Source: an uncultured bacterium (GTDB taxonomy: Bacteria > Cyanobacteriota > Vampirovibrionia > Gastranaerophilales > Gastranaerophilaceae). From it: 64,000 bases of DNA. The DNA is taken from positions 351,942-415,941 of the forward strand of contig CAREDV010000001.1 in assembly GCA_948964545.1 (NCBI GenBank), read 5' to 3'. Of this stretch, positions 48,749 through 57,300 are shown one piece after another. The position numbers and the translations under genes were made by a program. Position 1 is the stretch's first letter, and the number at the start of each line of letters is the position of its first letter. The notes under the pieces were generated by a model. That model was not told where the DNA came from, ran no database searches, and saw only the letters and a list, made by a program, of their open reading frames with translations.

Positions 48749-48917
48749 GTGTTAATCTGACACTAAATGTTAAGCGTCTGAAGAATTTATTTTTTCAGAT
48801 GCTTTGTTTATTTTACGTATATTTTAAAAAATAATTGTAAACTTTTTTAAATAATGTAGCAAAAAAATATTTCCTTTGTTTTAAAATGAATGTAGAAAAG
48901 ATTTATTTGGTGAAAAA

Positions 48918-49691
48918 ATGAAGATTAACTCAGTACAACGTGATATGACCCTAAAGCAGGGTAATTCAGCGCTCCGTTCGAATTTTTCGAACTTCAGGGA
49001 GAAAGCGGACATGTGTGACAGAGGATATAGTGCGAATTATTGCGGCAGTTTTACGGGAAAGAGTAAGTCTGCCGCAACTTTTTTGGATAAAACCCTCAAT
49101 AGCAGATGGTTTGGTAAGTTTGCAAAATATTCTTATGATCATAATATTTCAACATCAGCTCTAATTGCTCTTATTCTTGCAGGTATTATGAGACCCGCTA
49201 CAATTATGGCACTGCCTGGCAAGAAAGACAAAGAAGATAAAATTTATGCATCAGGGCATTCAATGGCATCAGGGATTATAGGTTTTGCAGTTTCGACTGC
49301 GATAACAAGTCCGTTTGATGAATCTATTAAGAAAGTGTTTGATGAAAAGAAATTTGCACGCGGTAAATTTAAAGAAATGGATGCAAAGATTGCAAAACTT
49401 ACAGCTCAAAAAGAAGCTAAAATCATTACAGAAGCTGCAAGAAAAGAATTAAAATCATTGACTAAAAAACGTGATGCTCTAAATGTGCTTGTTAAAAATA
49501 TTCCCGACTGGCTTATCGGTGTCCCCAGAGCAATGTTAACAATTGCATTAATCCCGCCGATTTTGAAATACGTTTTCGGTCTGGAAAAGAAAAAGAAACC
49601 CGCCCCTGAGGCACAAAAACCAGTGGATGTTCCCAAAATGGACTTTATAGACAAAGATGTCTTTAAAAATGTTAAAGGAGGTGTTCAATAA
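48918..49691 (+). CDS. Lineage-specific membrane protein (N-terminal SFTG motif)
   Basis: 257 aa with three hydrophobic segments. Confidence 0.7.
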   Translation: MKINSVQRDMTLKQGNSALRSNFSNFREKADMCDRGYSANYCGSFTGKSKSAATFLDKTLNSRWFGKFAKYSYDHNISTSALIALILAGIMRPATIMALPGKKDKEDKIYASGHSMASGIIGFAVSTAITSPFDESIKKVFDEKKFARGKFKEMDAKIAKLTAQKEAKIITEAARKELKSLTKKRDALNVLVKNIPDWLIGVPRAMLTIALIPPILKYVFGLEKKKKPAPEAQKPVDVPKMDFIDKDVFKNVKGGVQ

Positions 49692-50473
49692 TGAGTTTAA
49701 TGATTACTCCTTATAACAATAATAATTACAGACAACAAAGACCTGCATTTAAAGGTGCAGAGCAGGTTGCAAAATCTGCAACAGAAAGTTCAAAATTGTT
49801 TGCACCGTTAGAAAAAGCGTACGACGGTTTTACCGATAAAATTGCAGAACATGTTACTTCAAGATTTGTTAACTTTGGACCTTTAAATACCCTTGCTGAT
49901 AAATTGAAAAATACTGATAACTTATTTCAGCACTGTATGACAGTAGGTTCTGTAATTACCAGCGGACTTTATATGCAGAGAACTCTTGCAAATAAAGATT
50001 TGGATAAAGATAGAAAAAATACATTGGCAGTTAACCAGGGCTTGACTCTTGTAGTATCAACCGCAGGTGCTTATGCTCTTGATAAATATATCAAAGGCTG
50101 GTGGGATAATGTAACTGCAAAATTTGCAGGACATCTTTTGAATGACAAAGATTTCTATACGAAATTTAAGCAGGAAAAAGACGCAGTAATTCAGGAAAAC
50201 AAAAAGTTGAAAGGTACAAAAGCTGAATTGAAATCAATGCCGAAAGTTGATAAGTTGGTGAAAAAGCACTCTTATTACAATTCATTAGGCGCGAAAGATG
50301 CAGATATACTTCTCAAAAAAGTAAAAGGTATGTCACCGTTGAGAACAATGATTGTATTTGGTTTTGTGTACAGATACTTTGTTCCGGTTGCGGTTACAAA
50401 ACCTGCAAACAAACTTTGCGATATGTATCTGCAAAAGAAAAAAGCAAAAGAGGAAAATGCACAAAAAGCATAA
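49691..50473 (+). CDS. Lineage-specific membrane protein (N-terminal PAFKG motif)
   Basis: 260 aa, similar layout to 48918; terminator 50477-50503. Confidence 0.7.
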   Translation: MSLMITPYNNNNYRQQRPAFKGAEQVAKSATESSKLFAPLEKAYDGFTDKIAEHVTSRFVNFGPLNTLADKLKNTDNLFQHCMTVGSVITSGLYMQRTLANKDLDKDRKNTLAVNQGLTLVVSTAGAYALDKYIKGWWDNVTAKFAGHLLNDKDFYTKFKQEKDAVIQENKKLKGTKAELKSMPKVDKLVKKHSYYNSLGAKDADILLKKVKGMSPLRTMIVFGFVYRYFVPVAVTKPANKLCDMYLQKKKAKEENAQKA

Positions 50474-50551
50474 TGAAAAAGGACATCCACAGATGTCCTT
50501 TTTACTTGAAAAAAAAAGAAATTTATAGTATATTTTAAGCGGGGTGACATA

Positions 50552-51469
50552 TTGGAAAGAGATTATTTAGAAACAATTGCAAAAGAATGTAATTTATATG
50601 ACCTGACTGATGTCAATGCTGTTATTAAGAAAATTCAAGCGCTTGATGAGGTTTATGAACGTGATAATCTCGTTGAAATATACGGTTATTTTCTTGAAGT
50701 TTCTAAAAATCCAGATATTTTAATGTGTGTAATCCAGTGTTCCGACAGAATCAGAGATAAAGCAATTCTAGGCAGACTTTTGGATTTACTTTTGTTGAAG
50801 GAAGATTCATTTATTAATGTTCGTGTAATGTGCGCTAAAGCTGCTGCTAATTTAAAAGATACATCAGTCGTGACGGCTCTTTTGTATTGCTTGAATAATA
50901 AGGATGAAAATTATAAGGTTCGTCTTGCCTGTGCGGATGCACTAGGTAAAATCGGTGACAGATACGCAGTTGCTCCGTTGATTGCGGTTGTAAAAGATGA
51001 GGATGAAAAATCGGTTTATCTGCGTGAATCCTGTGCTTCGGCACTTGGAATGCTTGGTGATTTGAGAGCAGTTGATCCTTTAGTAAGTATTTTGGAAACT
51101 CAAAAAGGAATTTGGAATAAGTTTACATTCCTAAAAGAACGTGTTATAGAGGCGCTTGGAAAATTAAGACTTGATGATAACGAACGGGTTTTTAATGCGT
51201 TGAAAAATTCTCTTGTTGATGAATCTCCGCAGATTAGAATTAATGCTATTGAAGCGATTATGGAAAGTGAAAATCCGCGCTCTGTTGAAACTATCAAAAC
51301 TTGTCTTGTTGAAGATGTCGATGAAGAAGTTAAGAAAAATGCTTTAATTGCGCTTTATAACCTTATCGGACGTGAGATTTTGGATGAAGTTGCAAACAGC
51401 CCTGATTTTTCTGATAGTTTGAAAATGGAAGCTGTTTCAATGATTTCGGAGTATGAAGAAGATGAGTAA
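50552..51469 (+). CDS. HEAT/PBS-lyase repeat protein
   Basis: VRLACADALGKIGDRYAVAPL repeats. Confidence 0.88.
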   Translation: MERDYLETIAKECNLYDLTDVNAVIKKIQALDEVYERDNLVEIYGYFLEVSKNPDILMCVIQCSDRIRDKAILGRLLDLLLLKEDSFINVRVMCAKAAANLKDTSVVTALLYCLNNKDENYKVRLACADALGKIGDRYAVAPLIAVVKDEDEKSVYLRESCASALGMLGDLRAVDPLVSILETQKGIWNKFTFLKERVIEALGKLRLDDNERVFNALKNSLVDESPQIRINAIEAIMESENPRSVETIKTCLVEDVDEEVKKNALIALYNLIGREILDEVANSPDFSDSLKMEAVSMISEYEEDE

Positions 51470-52109
51470 AGGTATTATTCTCTTGTCAGGCGGGCTTGAT
51501 AGTCTTGTAAGTTTAGGACTTGGCGGATATGGAGTTTCGCTTGCTTTGACTTTTGATTACGGGCAAAAATCTGTGAATGACGAAATTGAAGCATCTCGAA
51601 AGATTTGTGAATATTACGGCATTGAGCATAAAGTAATTAAACTTGATTGGCTAAAGGATATAACACATACTGCCCTTGTTGCTGATATTGATTTACCTGA
51701 TAAAATTGATGAAAATTCTGCCAAAAGTGTTTGGATTCCAAACCGCAACGGGCTTTTTCTAAATATTGCAGGAAGTTTTGCTGATGCTGAAGATTATGAC
51801 TATATTCTAATCGGTGCTAATAAGGAGGAGGCTCAGACTTTTCCTGATAATACAAAAGAGTTTATTGAAAGGGTAAATGCGGAATTTGAATTCTCAACCA
51901 GAAAGCATCCTAAAGTTATAGCACCCTTGATAAATTACAATAAAAATGATATAGTAAAACTTGCATTAGAGCATAGAATACCTCTAGGCCTTGTTAAAAG
52001 TTGTTACGCTGGAGGGGAAAGACATTGCGGGAAATGCGAATCTTGTATAAGATTGAAAAATGCACTTACATTTAATCATGCAGATAAATATATAAAGGAA
52101 TTGTTTTGA
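51462..52109 (+). CDS. queC: 7-cyano-7-deazaguanine synthase
   Basis: LLSGGLDS, FDYGQK, IPNRNGLFL, FPDN, SCY..HCGKCESC. Confidence 0.93.
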   Translation: MSKGIILLSGGLDSLVSLGLGGYGVSLALTFDYGQKSVNDEIEASRKICEYYGIEHKVIKLDWLKDITHTALVADIDLPDKIDENSAKSVWIPNRNGLFLNIAGSFADAEDYDYILIGANKEEAQTFPDNTKEFIERVNAEFEFSTRKHPKVIAPLINYNKNDIVKLALEHRIPLGLVKSCYAGGERHCGKCESCIRLKNALTFNHADKYIKELF

Positions 52110-52660
52110 AAACTTTATTAACAGATAACGAAATTAAATATGAAGGCTGGCAGTTATGCCCGCATTGGATTTATAAGAATTTTAAAATTCAGGGCGACGC
52201 GACTGTCGCATTTATCGGTGAATGCGAAGTTAAGCTGACGGAAATGGTTGATATAGAGGACGTTATTAATGACGAGCCGATTTACAGTAAATCAATGCTC
52301 AGCTTTATATCAGAACAGTTCAATATAGGGCTTGTTGAGGGTGTTTTCAGGCAAAGACTTCTTATTTGTATTATTAAAGAAGTGTTGGAAAAACGCGGAT
52401 TTAAGATTACAAGATGTGGTGACGATTTGTTTTTTGAAGGTAAAAAGTTAACTGTGTCAATCGCGACAAAGTCTGCAACGTCTGTTTTAATCCATACGGG
52501 AATAAATATTTTGTCTGACGGAGCGCCTGTCAAAGCAAGCGGTTTGACAAGTGAATTGGGTATAACTGATATTAAGGATTTGGCGCAGGAAATTATGAAT
52601 AACTATGCTGAAGAAATTGATGATATAATTATGGCATCAACAAAAGTTAGAGGTGTATAA
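52106..52660 (+). CDS. DUF366 family protein (BPL/LPL-like fold)
   Basis: VAFIGECEV..EMVDIED, GDDLFFEGKKLTVSIAT, IHTGINI. Confidence 0.8.
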   Translation: MKTLLTDNEIKYEGWQLCPHWIYKNFKIQGDATVAFIGECEVKLTEMVDIEDVINDEPIYSKSMLSFISEQFNIGLVEGVFRQRLLICIIKEVLEKRGFKITRCGDDLFFEGKKLTVSIATKSATSVLIHTGINILSDGAPVKASGLTSELGITDIKDLAQEIMNNYAEEIDDIIMASTKVRGV

Positions 52661-53274
52661 TGCAGGAAGATTTAAAAAAATCAGCTCATATAAGTTATAA
52701 AGAATATCAAAAAAAGATTACAAAAAAGCCTAATGAAGGTATTGCTATTTTTGTATCTGCATTTTTTATCTTGCTTCTATTATTTTTAGGAATTGCGAAA
52801 CAGATTTCTCCTGAAATTGATGTTTCTATAGGTGATGATAATGCAAAAATCTCTCAAGAGGAGGATGAAAAGTCTGTTGTTGACGAACGCTTAAAACTCT
52901 TGCAGATGGAAGATAACAACGAAAATATTTTTTCTCCAGAACTGGATGAAAAAGTTGTAATTCCTGAGAAAAAAGAAGAAGTTAAAATTGAAGAAGAAAT
53001 AAAGCTTTCTGAAAAAGAAGCATCTCCAAAACCGACGGAAACTGCAACACCAGCAGCATCAAAAGTTGTTGTTGGATATTATCAGACAAAAGAGCAGGCT
53101 GAGGTTGCAAAAGGTATAATTGCAGAATCAGGTTTAAATATTTCTCCGTTTGTAAGAAGTATCGGGGGAGCATATACAATTCAGGTAGGCTCATATTCTA
53201 CACGTGAAAAGGCTCAAAGTGTTGTAAATGACTTACTCCGAAATAATTATCCTGCAAGGATTATTTCTGAGTAG
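52660..53274 (+). CDS. SPOR-domain membrane protein
   Basis: Single TM, acidic linker, YTIQVGSYSTREKA. Confidence 0.85.
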   Translation: MQEDLKKSAHISYKEYQKKITKKPNEGIAIFVSAFFILLLLFLGIAKQISPEIDVSIGDDNAKISQEEDEKSVVDERLKLLQMEDNNENIFSPELDEKVVIPEKKEEVKIEEEIKLSEKEASPKPTETATPAASKVVVGYYQTKEQAEVAKGIIAESGLNISPFVRSIGGAYTIQVGSYSTREKAQSVVNDLLRNNYPARIISE

Positions 53275-53325
53275 TTATAGCAGATAAGTTTGATGATTAT
53301 ACGAAATTTTTAAGATATTTATATC

Positions 53326-54117
53326 TTAGAACCAGTTGCACAAATCATTGTTGCAAAGTACTTTTTCTAAATCAGACATTGTATTTTCGTTTGTCATTTC
53401 ATAAGTTACGGGTGTGATTGAAATTTTATTGTTTCTAACCGCTGCAATATCTGTGTTTGCATCAACAGGCTCTGTTATAAGTTCTCCAGCCATCCAGTAG
53501 TATACTTTTCCGCGCGGGTCAACTCTTTTTTCATAATTGTCGGTAAACATCTTCCTGCCGAGTTCTGTTATTGCAACACCGGCAATATCTTCTTCATCAA
53601 GTGCAGGAACATTAATATTTAACAAACTTTTTTTAGGAAATGTAAATTGCGAAAGTTTTGGTAAAAGTGCGTTAACAAATTTTGCCGCAAATCTGAAACT
53701 GTCCATTTCATAATGCATACTGGCTAAAGACATTGCAATACTTGGAACTCCGAGCATTGCTCCTTCCATTGCACAGCTAACAGTTCCCGAATATAAAATA
53801 TCAGCACCAAGATTTGGTCCGTGATTAATGCCTGAAATGATTATATCAGGCTGTTCTTCGGGTGATAAAATTGCATTAATACCTATTTTAATACAGTCCC
53901 CGGGCGTACCTGTGGTTACCCAGGCTCTTTTTACATTAGCGTAAGCTTCAACTTCTTCAACTCTTATTGGAGTATGAAGTGTCAAAGAATGTCCTGCTGC
54001 ACTTCTTTCTCTGTCAGGTGCAATTACGTATACTTCATGTTGCTCAGCCAGTGCTTCAGATAAGCATCTTATGCCGTTAGCTGCAATTCCGTCGTCATTA
54101 GAAATCAATATTTTCAT
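53326..54117 (-). CDS. surE: 5'/3'-nucleotidase SurE
   Basis: ILISNDDGI, GTPGDC, SGINHGPNLG, YSGTV. Confidence 0.97.
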   Translation of the reverse strand: MKILISNDDGIAANGIRCLSEALAEQHEVYVIAPDRERSAAGHSLTLHTPIRVEEVEAYANVKRAWVTTGTPGDCIKIGINAILSPEEQPDIIISGINHGPNLGADILYSGTVSCAMEGAMLGVPSIAMSLASMHYEMDSFRFAAKFVNALLPKLSQFTFPKKSLLNINVPALDEEDIAGVAITELGRKMFTDNYEKRVDPRGKVYYWMAGELITEPVDANTDIAAVRNNKISITPVTYEMTNENTMSDLEKVLCNNDLCNWF

Positions 54118-54219
54118 AATTGTATAATATCATAATTTTATATTAATTTTTGTAACAAAAACGTGTAATATTACCTTAGTATAGCAATTTTATATATCAA
54201 AAATTGTTTATATATATGA

Positions 54220-54342
54220 CACGAGGAAAGCATAAAACGAGGAATCAGAAAAAACGTTTTATTGCACACTACACTTCACACTATTACGAGGAATTATGAA
54301 ACAAGAATTCCAACTCTCGACTTTACGTCGGGAGTTTTTTTT
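54220..54342 (+). ncRNA. Candidate ~120 nt small RNA with three ACGAGGAA repeats
   Basis: GCAA-N19-TTTATATA (54184-54214) upstream; terminator AACTCTCGAC/GTCGGGAGTT plus T-run. Confidence 0.5.
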
Positions 54343-54398
54343 GCAGGCTGAGCCTGCACGCAATACATTGGGTTTTGGATAAGCTTATTTAACTATGG
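54343..54398 (+). repeat. Dispersed element type A
   Basis: GCAGGC-TGA-GCCTGC hairpin then CATTGGGTTTTGGATAAGCTTATTTAACTATGG. Confidence 0.65.
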
Positions 54399-54411
54399 CG
54401 AGCCCGTAGTG

Positions 54412-54552
54412 CTACTTATTAATAATCGCTAAAATCTCAGCAAGCTTACCCGAGTTATTATCCTTAAACTTGATTTCATGCTTTGTTTCTTCAGGAGTAA
54501 ACTCTGATTTTTGATAATTGATTAAATATTTCATAAATTCCGGACTGAACAT
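54412..54552 (-). CDS. Small hypothetical protein, 46 aa (below cutoff)
   Basis: MFSPEFMKYLINYQKSEF...LAEILAIINK*; AGGAAAGG RBS; GCAA-N19-TTTATATA at 54573-54603. Confidence 0.6.
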   Translation of the reverse strand: MFSPEFMKYLINYQKSEFTPEETKHEIKFKDNNSGKLAEILAIINK

Positions 54553-54649
54553 ACAAACACCTTTCCTACATCTATATAAAAACACATGACTTTATTTTTT
54601 TGCCTAATATTTACAAATTATTTACAATGTTTTGTGATATAATAACATT

Positions 54650-55321
54650 ATGCGTCAATCATCAATAATAGATATAATCTCACCAATCATGGCAGGACCA
54701 TCCAGTTCGCATACTGCAGGCGCTGTCAGGCTTGGGCTTTTGGCAAGAAATGTTTATAATGCAAAGCCCGATAAAATAACGTTCAAACTTTATAATTCTT
54801 ATGCATTGACAGGTAAAGGACATGGTACGGACAAAGGTCTGCTCGCAGGTGTTCTTGGGTTTGCTGTTGATGATGAGAGAATTAAAAATATTTTTGAAAC
54901 TCCCGAAGCCAAAGAAATTGAATATGAGTTTGAATATTTACAAGATTTTAACAGGCATCCGAATGCCGTTGATTTTATTTTTGAAGGCGGTTTGAATTTT
55001 ACTGTATCGGGTGATTCCGTCGGTGCAGGTGAAATCCTTATGACAAAGATAAATAATTTTTCCGTAAACTTAAACGGAAAATATAATACAATTTTGCTTG
55101 TTTATGATGATAAACCAGGAGTAATCTCAAAAGTTACAGGTATGATTCAGGCAGATAATGTTAATATCGCATCTCTCCACTGTGACAGAAGCGGTAAAGG
55201 TAAAGATGCTTCAATGTGTATTTGTATAGATGGTGATTTGACTAAAAATTGCTTAAATCATTTAAGTGATTTGAAAGATATGTATATTGTAAGATATATC
55301 AGGAAATTAGAAAATGAATAA
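54650..55321 (+). CDS. sdaAB: L-serine dehydratase beta subunit (with ACT domain)
   Basis: PIMAGPSSSHTAGAVRLG, GHGTDK, HPN, DKPGVI. Confidence 0.93.
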   Translation: MRQSSIIDIISPIMAGPSSSHTAGAVRLGLLARNVYNAKPDKITFKLYNSYALTGKGHGTDKGLLAGVLGFAVDDERIKNIFETPEAKEIEYEFEYLQDFNRHPNAVDFIFEGGLNFTVSGDSVGAGEILMTKINNFSVNLNGKYNTILLVYDDKPGVISKVTGMIQADNVNIASLHCDRSGKGKDASMCICIDGDLTKNCLNHLSDLKDMYIVRYIRKLENE

Positions 55322-56183
55322 TATAAATACATTCAGGCAGTTGTACTATGCCTGCAAAGAGAAAAATAAAGCGATTTATGAAATTGCACTGGATAATGAA
55401 GTATCCAAAGGCGAATACAGTGAATATCATGTAAGATTGCAAGCTAAAAAAAGTTTGGATGCTATGAAAGATGCCATAAAAATAGGGCTGACCTGCACAG
55501 AACCATCACCCAGCGGAATGAGCGGGGATGATTGCCATAAACTTCAAAAATCAACTACAAAATCTATTTTGAGTGAAACTGCTCAAAAAATTATGAAATA
55601 TGCACTTGCAACAAGTGAGCAAAATTTGCGTATGGGTAGAATTGTAGCCTGTCCTACGGCAGGTTCTTGCGGAATTGTTCCTGCTGTATTGATTGCTTTT
55701 GCTGAAGATAATAATATTTCAGAAAATGAGCAGATTAATGCACTTATTACTGCAGGTGAAGTTGGCAGACTTGTTGCAAATAAAATGGCATTGGCAGGAG
55801 CTGTTGGCGGGTGCCAGGCAGAATGCGGGGTTGCATCGGCTATGGCAACTGCTGCATTAACTCAAATGCGCGGAGGGTCTGTTAAACAGGTTGTAAATGC
55901 AGTTGCGCTTGCTTTGAAAAATATTTTGGGACTTACCTGCGACCCTGTCTGCGGACTTGTGGAAATACCTTGTGTAAAAAGAAATCCGTTTTTAGCAATT
56001 CATGCAGTTACAGCTTCTGAACTTGCAATGGCTGACATAATTTCAAAAATTCCGATAGATGAGGTTGTTGATGCAATGGAGCAGACTGGTCAATTAATGT
56101 CGCCATTATTGAAAGAAAGTTCTCAAGGCGGTTTGGCAAAAACTAAAACTGCAGTCGCATTAGAGAAAAATATTTTAAAATAG
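55314..56183 (+). CDS. sdaAA: L-serine dehydratase alpha subunit
   Basis: IVACPTAGSCG, GGCQAECG, LGLTCDPVCGLVEIPCVKRN. Confidence 0.95.
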   Translation: MNNINTFRQLYYACKEKNKAIYEIALDNEVSKGEYSEYHVRLQAKKSLDAMKDAIKIGLTCTEPSPSGMSGDDCHKLQKSTTKSILSETAQKIMKYALATSEQNLRMGRIVACPTAGSCGIVPAVLIAFAEDNNISENEQINALITAGEVGRLVANKMALAGAVGGCQAECGVASAMATAALTQMRGGSVKQVVNAVALALKNILGLTCDPVCGLVEIPCVKRNPFLAIHAVTASELAMADIISKIPIDEVVDAMEQTGQLMSPLLKESSQGGLAKTKTAVALEKNILK

Positions 56184-56189
56184 TTAAGT

Positions 56190-56245
56190 TTTGTAACAAG
56201 TTTTAAAAATTTAGGCAATTATATGGAAATTATATTCTTTATATA
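56190..56245 (+). promoter_or_regulatory. HLR1-like box plus GCAA-N19-TTTATATA promoter
   Basis: TTTGTAAC-AA-GTTTTAAA, then GCAA 56215 and TTTATATA 56238. Confidence 0.55.
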
Positions 56246-56284
56246 TATATAAGAGATAGATGTATAATTATAAGGAGTATAATT

Positions 56285-56467
56285 ATGGGCGTAGAATTTA
56301 ATACAGAGAATCCAACTTTTGGCTTAATAAAACCTAAAAAGCAAAATACTGATACTCAGGCAGGTGCGCAAGTTGCTTTTAATACAACATTGGAAGATTT
56401 TACGAAAAAAGGTTATATTGCACCTCCAGGGTTGACTGAGGGAGGTTCTTGTTTCACACAAGCCTAA
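56285..56467 (+). CDS. Small lineage-specific protein, 60 aa
   Basis: AAGGAG RBS; NPTFG motif. Confidence 0.65.
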   Translation: MGVEFNTENPTFGLIKPKKQNTDTQAGAQVAFNTTLEDFTKKGYIAPPGLTEGGSCFTQA

Positions 56468-56520
56468 TTTTGCAAAAAGATTTTGTTTAATGTAGACTAA
56501 TTCATGAGGATTAGTCTACA

Positions 56521-57300
56521 GTGTTATTAACGGCAGATATTGGAAATACAAGTATTACATTAGGCATTTTTGACGAGAGTGCTTTGGTTGAGGAGTTTCG
56601 TCTTGCTTCTGACAAGGATTTATCTTTGGAAGAATATGAGGTGCTTTTAAAATCTTTGTTCAAAAATTATAGTGTTCAAGGGTGCATAATTTCTTCTGTT
56701 GTTGAAGAATTAACAAAAAAATTCAAGAAAGCTGTTGATAATGTATTTAAGCTTGATGCAATTGTACTTTCAACTAATATTAATACAGGTGTAAAAATTT
56801 GCCTTGATAATCCTAAAGAGGCAGGTGCAGATAGAATTGCAAATGCAGCAGGCGCTTATGTTTTATATAATCATCCTGTGATTGTTGTTGATTTTGGAAC
56901 GGCAACAACTTTTGATATTGTAAATGCTAAAGGTGAATTTATCGGCGGTGTAATTTCTCTAGGAATTATGTCTCAGATGAAAGCGTTGAATAAATTTACA
57001 TCAAAACTTCCTCAAACTGATGTAACTATTTCAAATTCTGCAATAGGTCATAACACAAATGATGCAATTTTATCAGGTGTTATTAGGGGAACTGCCTGTA
57101 TGATAGACGGGCTAGTTGAGCAGTGTGAAAAAGAATTAGGACAAAAAAGTGTTTTAGTTGCAACAGGCGGGTATTCAGGTTTGATTGCAAATTATTTGAA
57201 ACGTCCGTTTGATTTTATTAATCCGACATTGACGCTTGAGGGTCTTCGTTATTTATATGAATTAAATGCTGTAAGTAAATTGCAGGAAATTTCCCATTAA
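56521..57300 (+). CDS. coaX: Type III pantothenate kinase
   Basis: DIGNT, GADRIANA, VVDFGTATTFD, ATGG, LTLEGL. Confidence 0.95.
   Translation: MLLTADIGNTSITLGIFDESALVEEFRLASDKDLSLEEYEVLLKSLFKNYSVQGCIISSVVEELTKKFKKAVDNVFKLDAIVLSTNINTGVKICLDNPKEAGADRIANAAGAYVLYNHPVIVVDFGTATTFDIVNAKGEFIGGVISLGIMSQMKALNKFTSKLPQTDVTISNSAIGHNTNDAILSGVIRGTACMIDGLVEQCEKELGQKSVLVATGGYSGLIANYLKRPFDFINPTLTLEGLRYLYELNAVSKLQEISH

Noticed and set aside
54412..54552. Type I toxin-antitoxin pair
   Set aside because: The peptide lacks a TM-length hydrophobic helix and the candidate sRNA terminates before overlapping the ORF.
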